Assembly (NCBI GenBank): GCA_963845145.1
Contig: CAWJQU010000002.1
Location: forward strand, 448,001-512,000
Direction: 5' to 3'
DNA: 64,000 nucleotides
Source of the DNA: an uncultured delta proteobacterium
GTDB lineage: Bacteria; Desulfobacterota; Desulfobacteria; Desulfobacterales; QNYZ01
Position 1 is the stretch's first letter. The number at the start of each line of letters is the position of its first letter. A program made the position numbers and the translations under genes. Positions 41,311-52,056 of this stretch are shown here, piece by piece. Below the pieces are notes generated by a model. It saw only the letters and a program-made list of their open reading frames with translations. It was not told the DNA's origin and made no database searches.

Positions 41311-41366
41311 TTCTGGTCTTACCAGATCTAGTTTTCCGATCTGGTCTTTCCAATCTGGTCTTTCCA
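41311..41366. repeat. Degenerate 14-bp tandem repeat upstream of livK
   Basis: ATCTGGTCTTTCCA x2 (41339-41366), preceded by TTCTGGTCTTACCA and ATCTAGTTTTCCG. Confidence 0.75.
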
Positions 41367-41869
41367 ATTGATTATCGTCATAGGTCGACTCAGATAAAGT
41401 AAAAGTTGCAACCTTTTGTCAAGAGTATTGTCAAAAAGACCCGGTGATGAACCACCTTCACATTGGCCCGGTTTTACATCAATCCGAGCAGTCCCATACC
41501 CAATGCAACACTCCCCATTGAACGATTTCGATCACTCCTTGGAAAGACCCACGAAATGATCGTCTTAGACAGTATGAGCAAGAACCTTGCCAACGAACCC
41601 AACCAACAGATCCAAATGGGTCGTTTAAATCATATGGGCCGTATTACATGAATAAACTGAAATATTATCACCCAAAGGGAGCGGATATTCGTTTGTTAAA
41701 GCCGTAAAGTCAGAGAAAAGTGCCACCTGGGTTACACAAATGCATGCCCCCAAAACTGTAACCCCTTATACACATCAATTAAAAAATAATCAGAAAGTAT
41801 CGTGGCCGCAGAATTCGGGAATTCGCTAAAAGCGAGCTGCGCATTCATCCTCACAGAACAGTGCAACGG

Positions 41870-42709
41870 TCAGCGCAAAGGTTTGATTGATCCCTGGACA
41901 TAGCGCCGGACTATCGATTCAAATTTGCTTTGGACGGCGCCCTCCTCCTTGACCTTCAATTTGTCCAAGGACCCTTGAAAGATGGCGATGACGGCATCGT
42001 CGGTATCCTTGTGAAACGCATAATATGAACCGATATCCTGCTTGAGGTTGAAGGCCACTTCGTAATCGTTTGGGTTGAAACCGGCCTGGGAAATGATCCA
42101 GGCCGCGACGGTCACTTCGTAATTCCAAAGGTCAATCCGATGGCGGTTGAGTTTATGAACATTGATTTCTCCGGTTGCGACCGGCTCAATATTAGCCGGA
42201 TCAATGCCCAGGGTATGCAGCAACATTTCACCATAATCCTTGCTCACCACACCAATTTTGTAATGGTTAATCTCACTCCGCGAGGCGATCCGTATCCCTC
42301 GTTCTTTTTTTGCAATCAACCCGAATTCAGTGGAAATAATCGGGCCCACCCATTTAAACAGATTTTCCCGTAGCGCATTGCGATTGGTCATAAACAAGAC
42401 GGTATTTTTCTTTTCCAGTGCATCCCGATACGCCCGTGCCCAGGGCAACAGTTGGACATCTTCTTTGGTCAGCTTGGAGCCCACCATCGCAAGGATAATT
42501 TCCAGCAAATCAACGGAAATACCCTTCAATTGACCGTCGTCGGCATAGTTAAAGGGGGGGAATTGTTCGGTCAGCAATATCAAATTATCCACGTTTTGAC
42601 TGTGAACGACCGAAGGATCGGAAATAAAAAAGAAAACAGCGGCAATAAGGGTGCGAATGGCCCCCCGGTTGGTCCTCGCAATAAGCAATAGGTTACGCAT
42701 GATCCACAT
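41870..42709 (-). CDS. Family-3 periplasmic substrate-binding (sensor-associated) protein
   Basis: LTEQFPPFNY..GISVDLL..LPWARAY..RENLFKWVGP. Confidence 0.85.
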   Translation of the reverse strand: MWIMRNLLLIARTNRGAIRTLIAAVFFFISDPSVVHSQNVDNLILLTEQFPPFNYADDGQLKGISVDLLEIILAMVGSKLTKEDVQLLPWARAYRDALEKKNTVLFMTNRNALRENLFKWVGPIISTEFGLIAKKERGIRIASRSEINHYKIGVVSKDYGEMLLHTLGIDPANIEPVATGEINVHKLNRHRIDLWNYEVTVAAWIISQAGFNPNDYEVAFNLKQDIGSYYAFHKDTDDAVIAIFQGSLDKLKVKEEGAVQSKFESIVRRYVQGSIKPLR

Positions 42710-44396
42710 CGGTCCCGAGTTTCTTCAATTTTTTGTATAACGTTTTCCGGCTGATACCCAGCATCCGGGCCGCTTTGGCCTTGTTTCCATCGGTTTGCGC
42801 CAGTGTTGTCAACACCGTATCCAGGTCGGCGGTATGGGTCTGGCCGGAGGTAACAAGCTTTTTATTGGAACGGCTGATCTCAGGTGGCAGATGCTCCAGT
42901 TTGATCGCATCGCTACGACAAAAGACAAAGGCCCGCTCAATGGCGTGCTCTAACTCTCTCACATTACCAGGCCAGGCATACTGCATCAAAGCCTTTAGGG
43001 CATGCTCGGTGACGCCTTGAATATTTTTACTAAATTTTTGATTGTACAGATCACAGAAGTGGTCGATAAGCAAAGGAACATCCTCGTAGCGTCCCCTTAA
43101 GGGGGGGAGTTCTATCTCCACCACTTTTAGCCGGTAAAACAGATCTTCACGGAAACGACCCTGCCTGACTTCCTTATGAAGATCACGATTGGTTGCGGTA
43201 ATCACCCGTACGTCTACCTCGATGGGGGTGGAATCCCCCACGCGCTCGAAGCACCTTTCCTGTAGGACCCGCAGCAGCTTTAACTGGGTTAAGGGCGACA
43301 GATCGCCAACCTCGTCTAAAAAAATGGTGCCTTTGTGCGCCTCCTGAAACCGGCCGATTTTATCACGCATGGCACCGGTAAAAGCGCCCTTGATATGCCC
43401 GAACAATTCACTTTCCAGAAGATTTTCCACAAGGGTGGAGCAATTGACCGTCACCATGGGATTCATGGCCCGCGGTCCTGAGTAATGCAGCGCTTTGGCG
43501 ACCAGTTCCTTTCCGGTACCGCTCTCGCCGGTAATGAGTACCGTCGATTCAATCTCGCTCAAATTCTCGACGGTGCGGAACATGCGTTGCATCTTGCCAC
43601 TTTTACCGATGATATTGTGAAAGCTATGGCGCTCCTTGAGCTCGCTTTCCATATTGGACATTCGGGTCACATCCCGAATAACCAGGATGGCCCCGATGGA
43701 TTTATTATTCCGGTCCAACAGGGGCGATGCATTGACAACCAGCATTTGGCGGGGATGATTGACCGGCCGACATTCAATGTGCTGCTCACGAACAACAGCT
43801 TGATGATCAAGGGTCCGCCGAAGTACATCGGCACAGGCGGCCAGGCAGGGGTTGTCAATGGCGTCAAATACTTTTCCGGCAATATCACGGGGGTCGGCAT
43901 GACACACTTTTTCCAAAGCGGCGTTGGATTCTAAAACCCGCTTGCGGTTATCCACGGTTATAATGGCATCCATAACGCTGCGAAAAATCGCGTCCAGATT
44001 ATTCCGGTAGCGCTCCCTTTCGGTAATGACCTGCTTATGGGAAAGCGCGATCTTGGCCACTCGCAGCAGTTCATCCTGTTGAATCGGTTTGGCCAAATAG
44101 TCAAATGCGCCCAGCCGCACGGATTCCGATGCGGTATCGATATCCGGCTGCCCGGTAATGATGATGACCGGACAAAGCATGCCTCGCTTCTTGACCTCTT
44201 TTAAAATATCAATCCCCGTATGCTCGGCCAGAATGATATCGGCAAAGATCAGATCCGGTTCCGCTTCGGAAACAAGCGCCATAGCACGTTCAAAATTATC
44301 CGCGCAGGTAACATTGTACCCCTCTTCGGTTAAAAATTCGTTGAAGGTAAAGCGAATGCTCTCCTCATCATCGACCACTAGAATATTAAAGCTCAT
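42693..44396 (-). CDS. Sigma-54-dependent response regulator (REC-PAS-AAA+-HTH)
   Basis: ILVVDDE, GESGTGKE, ESELFGH..GAFTGA, FREDLFYRL, WPGNVRELEH, Fis HTH. Confidence 0.95.
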   Translation of the reverse strand: MSFNILVVDDEESIRFTFNEFLTEEGYNVTCADNFERAMALVSEAEPDLIFADIILAEHTGIDILKEVKKRGMLCPVIIITGQPDIDTASESVRLGAFDYLAKPIQQDELLRVAKIALSHKQVITERERYRNNLDAIFRSVMDAIITVDNRKRVLESNAALEKVCHADPRDIAGKVFDAIDNPCLAACADVLRRTLDHQAVVREQHIECRPVNHPRQMLVVNASPLLDRNNKSIGAILVIRDVTRMSNMESELKERHSFHNIIGKSGKMQRMFRTVENLSEIESTVLITGESGTGKELVAKALHYSGPRAMNPMVTVNCSTLVENLLESELFGHIKGAFTGAMRDKIGRFQEAHKGTIFLDEVGDLSPLTQLKLLRVLQERCFERVGDSTPIEVDVRVITATNRDLHKEVRQGRFREDLFYRLKVVEIELPPLRGRYEDVPLLIDHFCDLYNQKFSKNIQGVTEHALKALMQYAWPGNVRELEHAIERAFVFCRSDAIKLEHLPPEISRSNKKLVTSGQTHTADLDTVLTTLAQTDGNKAKAARMLGISRKTLYKKLKKLGTDVDHA

Positions 44397-46643
44397 ATGG
44401 GAAACTCGATTAGGACTTTGGTGTATTCTCCCTCGACACTTTCAACCCACAACTTGCCATCATGATTTTTTACGATACCGTGACTGATGCTTAAACCCAG
44501 ACCCGTTCCCTGGTCGGTTGGTTTCGTGGAAAAGAAGGGGTCGCATACGCGATCAAGATTTTTTTGTGCAATCCCTATGCCAGTATCATAAAATGAGATT
44601 TGGATATTTCGGCGGTCATCGGGGCCGACGATTTGGCCCTCGATGGACAGCTGTTTTTTTGACGATGAGGTTTGGGGCCGCTGATTAAGGGCGTAGCGGG
44701 CATTGCTGATGATGTTTAAAAAGACCTGTTGAATCTGCTGGGCATTGGCATTTATCTGGGGCAGATCCGCAGACAAATTGACATGAATACCGATATTGTC
44801 CTTGATCAGCATGGATTGCGTCAGATCCAACGCTTCTTTGAGGACGTGATGAATGCCAACGGCATGTTTTTTATCCCGACTTTCCCTTGAGAAAGAGAGC
44901 AAGGCCCGGACAATCCGTTCGATCCGTTCGCCTTCTTTAATGATTCTTTGGGGGATATCATTCCCATCTCCGATCTTTTTCCCGCGATTGATCAATATCT
45001 GGGCATAGTTGATGATCCCGTTTATAGGGTTATTGATTTCATGCGCGACGCCGGCAGCCATTTCGCCTAAGGACGCCAGCTGCGCATTTCGCATGGCGTC
45101 GGCCTGTAGGGTCTTGCGCTCGGTAATATCACGTACAAATGCCCAAAAACCGGTGGCTTTGTCTTGCTGAGGGCGCATCAGGTAGGCCCGCATTTCCACC
45201 GGAAACACGCTCCCGTTTTTGCGGATATACGCTTTTTCATAAACATCGGTATACCCCCGCTGCACCGTCTCCTCTCTTAAAAGCTGGGTTTCCCAATCAT
45301 GGTAATGTTTGGGGGTGATCTGGGGATAGGTCATCTGCTGCAACTCCTTAAGGCTATAACCCAGCATCTCGCAAAAACTGGAGTTGCATTCGATAAAATT
45401 ACCGGAGATATCGGTCATAAGGTACCCGTCACGGCTGCCTTCATATAACTGGCGATATTTTTCTTCGGATTCCCGCAATTCGATCTCGGCCTTTTTGCGC
45501 TCGGAAATATCCTGCATAATACCTTCCAGACGTGTCAAACGGCCGTGCTCATCCCTAAAACCCCGAACCTGGGTAACCCCCCACATCTTCGTACCGTCTT
45601 TTTTGTAAAACTGACATTCATAATTGGAAATCAGGTCTTTTTCACCGAGTAACCGCAGGTACTCTTCCCGTTGATGGGGGTCCACATATTGTTGTTTTTC
45701 AATATTGGTCACGCTGTTGATCAGATCCTCCGGGGAGTCGTAACCCAATATTTGGGCCATGGAGGGGTTGGCGTCGATGAAGCGGCCGCCGGGTGTGGTC
45801 TGAAAAATTCCCTCCAGGGCGTTTTCGAAAATACCCCGATATTTTTTTTCAGATTCAACCAGTTTTTTTTCCGCTTCGATCAACTGGCCGATCCGCAGCT
45901 CGAGATCTTGATTGACCCGTTTTAGCGCTTCCTGGACCTCAAGGCGCTCAATGTTCTCTTTTTCGAGTTGTTCATTGCGCAGGGAGATCTGACTGGCCAT
46001 AAGGTTGGCCTCTTTGATAATGGCGTTGATATCCTCCTGCAACACGGGTGGCATAGGACTTTGGTAGTCTCCACCGGCAATGGAGCGCATCCCCTGAATC
46101 AGATGGTCCATCGGTTTATTAAGAAAGTAACTCATAATAAAATGGATCACCACAATGATAATAACGATAACGGAAAGGGCGATAAGGATCATATTGCGAA
46201 TCATGGCGTTCTGTATCCGGGTCGTATCTTTCCCGGTGATCCATAGGGTTAATGTGCCCACACTATTTCCCTGCCAGGAAATCTCTTTTTCCTGCGTTAT
46301 CAGCCCTGCGGTAATGTTGGGAATTTCTTCAAACATAATCTGGTTCAAGTCATCTTTAATCTGAATGCCCTCCAGATAGGCAGACTTTAGATAGGCTTTC
46401 GATATTTGCACGATGACATCCCGGCTTAAATTCCAAAGGGAGATCGCCATCACTTCAGCCAACTCGTCCACCGTGGATTCGGCTTTTTCCGTGAGAATTC
46501 GTTCGGGAGCTAGTGGTTGAATAAACATAATACACGGCGATATGCACCGCCACGGTAAACCCCACCGCCACGGTCAATCCAATAATCAGATCCCTGGCCA
46601 GCGTTCTTTTACGATATTTTTCAATGTCTCGAATAATGGCCAT
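44393..46643 (-). CDS. HAMP-PAS-PAS sensor histidine kinase, frameshifted near the N-terminus
   Basis: AHEINNP, FLNIISNA, DTGIG, PFFSTK, GTGLGL. TM1 lies in ORF 46455-46643 and joins the main frame if one G of 46505-46507 is removed. Confidence 0.88.
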
Positions 46644-46902
46644 CTTTCCCCCAAAATCGATAATGTCAAAAACTGGATGTCACAACGTTAAAACACGACA
46701 ATTCGATAATCGTTAACCCGTCTTCGGTTTGATCGTTCATCTAAAAATCGATCGAAAGCGATTGGGGTCGTTCATAATGATTGTCGCCGATGGGAGGGTA
46801 TGGTATCGTTGCGACGTAAAATGTGTCAAGATTGAGCGATATTTTAACAATGTTTTGCCGAATAGAATCAACATCTTGAAACAAACCGAAGGAATCAACC
46901 CC

Positions 46903-47790
46903 GTGAATACAATCGGATTGGTTGTAAAACCGGATGACCAGGCGGAAAAAACGGCCGCTGAATTCACCCGATGGCTGGCGGACCGGGATCGGGTCGTCAT
47001 CCGCAAAAAGCCCTCCGGCACCGGCGAAACCGGTGCGTCTTACCATGAAGATACCCAAAGCGGCCGTGCACCCGAGGATCTGTTCTGTGTCTTTGTTCTG
47101 GGTGGTGACGGTACGTTTTTGAGTGCCGTCCGCTGGATTGGAGACCAGCCGATTCCCGTCATCGGTGTCAAGTTCGGCGATCTTGGTTTCCTAGCTGAAA
47201 CCGCCGCGGAAAATCTCTACCCCGCAGCCCAGGCCGTTTTAAACAACCAACTGAACATTCAACCGCGCATGCGCCTGGTGGTACGCGTTTTTCGGGATGA
47301 TAGGAAAGTATTACATGAATCCGTGCTAAACGACGTGGTCATTAATCGGGGCGCACTGGCCCGGCTGGCCAATATTCTCACTTATATCGACGACCGCTAC
47401 CTAACCACCTATCGGGCCGACGGATTGATCGTGGCCACGCCCACCGGGTCCACAGCCTACTCCCTGGCAGCGGGCGGCCCCATCATTCACCCACATGTGC
47501 CGGGGATCATCATCACGCCCATCTGCCCCTTTACCCTGACCAACCGGCCACTCATTGTTCCGGATCAGGTAGCGATAAAAATTCGTCTGGAAAAGAGCGC
47601 CGAAGATATCGCCCTGACCTTAGACGGCCAGTTGGGGCTTCCCATCGACCATCGGGACACGATCATTGTCACCCAAAGCGATCATCCCGTTCGCATGATC
47701 GCCATTCCGGACCAATCGTACTTTGATATACTGAAAACCAAATTGCGCTGGAGTGGGGGACGAATTTTATCCGACGAGGGTACGGATTGA
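46903..47790 (+). CDS. nadK: NAD(+) kinase
   Basis: LGGDGTFL, GDLGFL, LNDVVI, DGLIVATPTGSTAYSLAAGGP. Confidence 0.95.
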   Translation: MNTIGLVVKPDDQAEKTAAEFTRWLADRDRVVIRKKPSGTGETGASYHEDTQSGRAPEDLFCVFVLGGDGTFLSAVRWIGDQPIPVIGVKFGDLGFLAETAAENLYPAAQAVLNNQLNIQPRMRLVVRVFRDDRKVLHESVLNDVVINRGALARLANILTYIDDRYLTTYRADGLIVATPTGSTAYSLAAGGPIIHPHVPGIIITPICPFTLTNRPLIVPDQVAIKIRLEKSAEDIALTLDGQLGLPIDHRDTIIVTQSDHPVRMIAIPDQSYFDILKTKLRWSGGRILSDEGTD

Positions 47791-47882
47791 CATGCTCCCT
47801 AATGGTTATATAAAACAATCCAAACAATATGGCCATCCTGTAAGGCGCATAATTTTAAACGAATCAAGTCAGGAGGTATCGC

Positions 47883-48317
47883 ATGTCGGGTGTGAACAAG
47901 GTAATTCTTATCGGGCGACTGGGGAAAGATCCGGAAATCCGCTATTTCAAGGATGGTACGGCCGTAGCTAATTTTTCCATCGCCACATCCGAGGAGTGGA
48001 AAGATAAAGAAAGCGGGGAAAAAAAAGAAAAAACCGAATGGCACCGAATTGTCGCCTTTAGACGGCTGGGCGAAATATGCGGCGAGTACCTTTCCAAGGG
48101 CAGGCAGGTATATATCAGCGGCCGTTTGCAAACCCGCGACTGGGAAGATAAAGACGGAAACCGCCGCTGGACAACCGAAATCGTGGCCAATGAAATGCAG
48201 ATGCTCGGATCAAGGGATTCCGGTGCGGACAACCGCGATACCGACCAATACCAACCCCCGGGAATGGCCGGCCCGGCTTCCGGCGGAAACGAGCCGGAAG
48301 ATGATATTCCCTTTTAA
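47883..48317 (+). CDS. ssb: Single-stranded DNA-binding protein
   Basis: [21 protein letters not shown]-terminal DDIPF. Confidence 0.97.
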   Translation: MSGVNKVILIGRLGKDPEIRYFKDGTAVANFSIATSEEWKDKESGEKKEKTEWHRIVAFRRLGEICGEYLSKGRQVYISGRLQTRDWEDKDGNRRWTTEIVANEMQMLGSRDSGADNRDTDQYQPPGMAGPASGGNEPEDDIPF

Positions 48318-48344
48318 ACCGTAAGATATATTCTCTTTTAAATT

Positions 48345-48444
48345 AGTCTACCCGTTTACCTGTCCGCCAGTCAGCCGGCGAGCCGGACTTCCGGCTAACC
48401 GGCTTATCAGCTGCCTTACTGGCTAACCGGTCCACTGGCCGACT
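48345..48444. repeat. Degenerate octamer tandem array
   Basis: agtctacc cgtttacc tgtccgcc agtcagcc ggcgagcc ggacttcc ggctaacc ggcttatc ... ggctaacc ggtccact ggccgact. Confidence 0.7.
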
Positions 48445-48459
48445 TCCTTTGGATACCCC

Positions 48460-49288
48460 ATGCCCCTGTCCGTTGTCGATATTTATAAGCAAATCCTACC
48501 CAAAACCAATTGCGGCGATTGCGGTTATCCGACCTGCCTGGCTTTTGCCGGTATGGTGGTATCGGAAAAGTTGCCGTTGAACAACTGCCCCCACATCGCC
48601 CGGGAGGTATTGGCAACCGCCCAGGCCGAACTGAACGACCAATACGCTGCCGGTCAATGGACCAAAAAGGACATGGCCGCCGATGCCCTGGTGTGGGCCA
48701 AAGAACGCGCCGCATCCATGGATATCAAAGATCTTCCGACCCGGATCGGCGGCGAACTAAAAACCGACCCCACCGGGACATTTCTATGAGTTGCCCTATT
48801 TTAACGATGCCATTTTGATTCGCCCGGATCATATATCGAAAGCGGACGGCACGGCCCTCAACCGGTGGGAACAAGTCTTTATCTACAACCATATGGCCCA
48901 GGGAGGGAAAGTGTTGCCCACGGGCAACTGGAAGGGATTGGAGGCCATTCCCAATACGATCTCAAAGATGAAGTCCATGAAGGCGCATGTGGAAGCACCG
49001 CTTTTAAAACGCTTTACCGGACATCCGGAGGCATTAAAAAAAGCGGCTTTCGCCATTGGGGCTCTGGATCACTCCGATCAGTTTCCCACGGCGGATGTGG
49101 CCGTTTACCTGGTCCCCTTGCCCAGGATTCCGGTCGCCCTCTTATTTTGGGATACCGATGACGAGGATGGGTTTGAAGCGGAAATCAAATTGATGTTCGA
49201 TGAAACCATTGTCGACCACCTCGATGTTGAGTCCATCATGTTTTTGAGTGAACGAATCCGGCAGCTGTTACGTGGCGATGAGATGTGA
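48460..49288 (+). CDS. Fe-S cluster domain + DUF3786 protein, split by a +1 frameshift near 48781-48790
   Basis: LPKTNCGDCGYPTCLAFA..CP; second half LPRIPVALLFW..DEDGFEAE..LMFD..LD.ESI. Removing one T restores TFYELPYF. Confidence 0.8.
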
Positions 49289-49316
49289 CCGCACACCTTC
49301 ACCGCGATACGGACGA

Positions 49317-51107
49317 TTAGGGTTCCAGAACCGGTATCAAATTAAACTGATTGACATCCACCAGACCGAGGTCCGAAATCCGCAATTCGGGAATAACCAC
49401 CAGGGCCAAAAGACTGAGCTGCATATTGGGATTGTTTAAGCGGCATCCGCACGACCTAAACCCCTCCAGCACTGTTGCGGCTTTTGGGGCAACCACCGTT
49501 GCCGGCTCGTTTGACATCAGCCCGGCAAGGGGGAGTTCCACAAGACCGATGATCTCCCCGTTTCGGGAAACGGCCTGACCGCCACCGACGGCGGCCAGCT
49601 TATTGGCAACCCGTGCCATGTCGGCTTCACTCGTCCCTACGACCAACATATGATGGCTGTCGTGTGCCACCGTGGTCCCGATAGCGCACTGTTCAGTTAA
49701 TCCAAACCCCTGAGCCAGCCCTACCTGGATTCCTTCAGTGCCTTTATGGCGCGACACCAAAGCCACTTTCGCCAGATCCCGTTTAATATCCACCGCCACC
49801 TCTCCATCTTTGGCGATGACTTCAACCCGTAAATGTTTGGTCGGTGCCTGATTTTCGATCACACCGATGACATTGGCCGTTTGCCGACCCTCTTTAGCCG
49901 CCGGTAGGACAAAATCCCGGTCTGTCAGTTTTCGGGATAAATGGACGGATTGCGTGGCCCATTCAGGGTAGGTATAATCGGGGAGATTAACCTCAAGATG
50001 TCCCTTCTCAGCGATGATTCGGCCTTTGGCGATAACGGTTTCAGCTGAAAATTCCGACAAATCCGGCACAAGAAGAATATCGGCAAAACGTCCGGGCGCA
50101 ATCATTCCCAGATCCAGTCCCAAACCAAAATGGGTGGCGGCATTGAGCGTTGCCATTTGAATCGCGGTAATGGGCTTTAAGCCATGGGCAATGGCATGGC
50201 GCACGACACGATCCATATGGCCTTCGGTAATCAGCGTTTCGGCGTGGCTGTCATCTGTGCAAAGGATAAAGTGTCGAGGGTCCAAACCCTTTTCGGTTAC
50301 AGCGCGAATCTGCTCGGCAACATCATGCCAGCCGGACCCCAGGCGCAACATGGGTTTCATCCCCTGCCGTACCCGAGCAATGGCGTCCTCCATGCGCGTG
50401 CCCTCATGGTCATCCTCCGGACCACCGGCGACATAGCCGTGAAAAGGAAGGCCCAAATCCTGGGCGGCATAATGTCCTCCGATGACTTTTCTAAAGCGAC
50501 GGGTTTGCGCCATTTCCGCGTGCATTTTTTCATCGCCGCTAAACACGCCGGGAAAGTTCATCATCTCACCCAAACCGATAATGCCATCCCACGCCATCGC
50601 CTCGGCCACCTCTTCCGGCCCGATAACGGCCCCCGGCGTTTCCAGCCCAGGTGCCGAAGGTACGCACGAAGGCATCTGTACCCACACATGAATCGGCTGA
50701 ACGGCGGCCTCATCCACCATCAACCGAACCCCCTTTAATCCAAAAACGTTGGCAATTTCATGGGGGTCGATAAAAATGGCCGTGGTACCTCGACCGGCTA
50801 CGGCGCGCACAAACTCGGTGATTGTAATCATCCCGGATTCAATATGCATATGGGCGTCCAGCAGACCCGGTACCAGGTAAAACCCTTTTGCATCGATGAC
50901 ATGCGTCGTATTCCCAATCGCATGGGCGGCATCCGGCCCCACATACGCAATCCGCTGGGCCTTAACGGCAATATCCGTCTCGGGAATGATCTCTCCGGAT
51001 TGGACACAGACCCAGCTCCCGTTACGAATGACCATATCCGCAGATTCACGCCCCATAGCTACAGAGACTAAGCTTTGGGTTCTTTCAGCAATTTGTTGGG
51101 TTGTCAT
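49317..51107 (-). CDS. ade: Adenine deaminase
   Basis: PGLLDAHMHIES, DPHEIANV, LGEMMNFPG, DDHE, CTDD, TVAHDSH. Confidence 0.95.
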   Translation of the reverse strand: MTTQQIAERTQSLVSVAMGRESADMVIRNGSWVCVQSGEIIPETDIAVKAQRIAYVGPDAAHAIGNTTHVIDAKGFYLVPGLLDAHMHIESGMITITEFVRAVAGRGTTAIFIDPHEIANVFGLKGVRLMVDEAAVQPIHVWVQMPSCVPSAPGLETPGAVIGPEEVAEAMAWDGIIGLGEMMNFPGVFSGDEKMHAEMAQTRRFRKVIGGHYAAQDLGLPFHGYVAGGPEDDHEGTRMEDAIARVRQGMKPMLRLGSGWHDVAEQIRAVTEKGLDPRHFILCTDDSHAETLITEGHMDRVVRHAIAHGLKPITAIQMATLNAATHFGLGLDLGMIAPGRFADILLVPDLSEFSAETVIAKGRIIAEKGHLEVNLPDYTYPEWATQSVHLSRKLTDRDFVLPAAKEGRQTANVIGVIENQAPTKHLRVEVIAKDGEVAVDIKRDLAKVALVSRHKGTEGIQVGLAQGFGLTEQCAIGTTVAHDSHHMLVVGTSEADMARVANKLAAVGGGQAVSRNGEIIGLVELPLAGLMSNEPATVVAPKAATVLEGFRSCGCRLNNPNMQLSLLALVVIPELRISDLGLVDVNQFNLIPVLEP

Positions 51108-51202
51108 TTGATTATTTTCCCCCTTCTTCAGTTACCGATCTTTAGTCACCGAGTAAAAATTATTTTACGTAGGATATATACCTATTTTAATGAGGTAGAC
51201 CC

Positions 51203-51229
51203 TTGACAATCGCAAAGTTTGGATATAAT
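51203..51229 (+). promoter_or_regulatory. Sigma70-type promoter candidate
   Basis: TTGACA (51203-51208) and TATAAT (51224-51229), both consensus, but the spacer is only 15 nt. Confidence 0.45.
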
Positions 51230-51455
51230 TAACCGAACCGTAAAGCAAAGAACAGCTGGGCGCCAAAACTGAGTACCAGGGGCTCCATGAACAAACTCCT
51301 CGCCATAATCTCGCATAATGAGGATCGACCCGGTTCAAGGGTTCAAAGGTTCATGCGCCCCTATCCAAGCAATGTTGCCGTTAAAATTGAACTTGAGCGG
51401 GCTGATGATACATGTTGAATTCTTTTTATTATCTCTAATTCAGAAGGAGAAGCAC

Positions 51456-51845
51456 ATGAAATTAAAATCGGTTGTCACTATTCTACTTGTTGTTGGAACA
51501 TTGGTTGCCTTCGCGCTGGTCTCGACAACCCCCCTGGTAGCGGCAGAGAAAAAAACCACGGCGAAAGAAACTGTAAAAAAAGTTGAAAAATCAACGAAAA
51601 AGGCTAAAAAGAAGGTGGCAAAGGCTGTTGAATCCGCTAAAGCCTTGCCCAAGGAAAAAATAAATATCAACGCAGCAGGCATGGAAGACCTCATGATGCT
51701 GCCCGGTATCGGCGAGGTTAAAGCCGAGGCCATCATGAAAGCCCGCAAAAAGTTAAAATTTAATTCTGTGGATGATCTTATCGGTGTGCCGGGTATCGGC
51801 GCAAAGACGGCCGAAGCGATCAAGCCGTATTTAAAATTTAAATAA
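51456..51845 (+). CDS. ComEA-like exported helix-hairpin-helix DNA-binding protein
   Basis: AAGGAG RBS; signal peptide; Lys/Ala-rich linker; KININAA..LPGIGEVKAEAI..F.SVDDL..VPGIG. Confidence 0.88.
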   Translation: MKLKSVVTILLVVGTLVAFALVSTTPLVAAEKKTTAKETVKKVEKSTKKAKKKVAKAVESAKALPKEKININAAGMEDLMMLPGIGEVKAEAIMKARKKLKFNSVDDLIGVPGIGAKTAEAIKPYLKFK

Positions 51846-51887
51846 CGTGTAACATACCTCACCGCCGGCAACATTGATCCAGCCCAC

Positions 51888-51938
51888 GGGCTCTCTTGAT
51901 CGGACTTAATACTCCCTAAAGAGAGCCCTTTTTATTTT
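51888..51938 (+). terminator. Intrinsic terminator
   Basis: GGGCTCTCTT / AAGAGAGCCC followed by TTTTTATTTT. Confidence 0.65.
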
Positions 51939-52056
51939 CCTATTCACTCACCGATATCAAGCAGATTATTCTACCTTTATAAACGATCCCAAGACATAAT
52001 GATATTGAATGGGCGGTTGGGGTTATCGCTAATTGTTCCGCCTCAATCCATCCGCA

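Noticed and set aside
41463..41651. 62-aa ORF between livK and the SBP gene
   Set aside because: TTG start, no clear RBS and no recognisable features.
48345..48444. CRISPR array
   Set aside because: No identical 25-45-bp repeats with unique spacers and no cas genes anywhere in the window.
48787..48789. TGA in the Fe-S/DUF3786 gene as selenocysteine or readthrough
   Set aside because: The downstream half is in a different frame, so readthrough would not join them; a 1-nt indel explains it.
51108..51250. Purine riboswitch upstream of adenine deaminase
   Set aside because: The minus strand lacks the conserved aptamer core in the right order and spacing.
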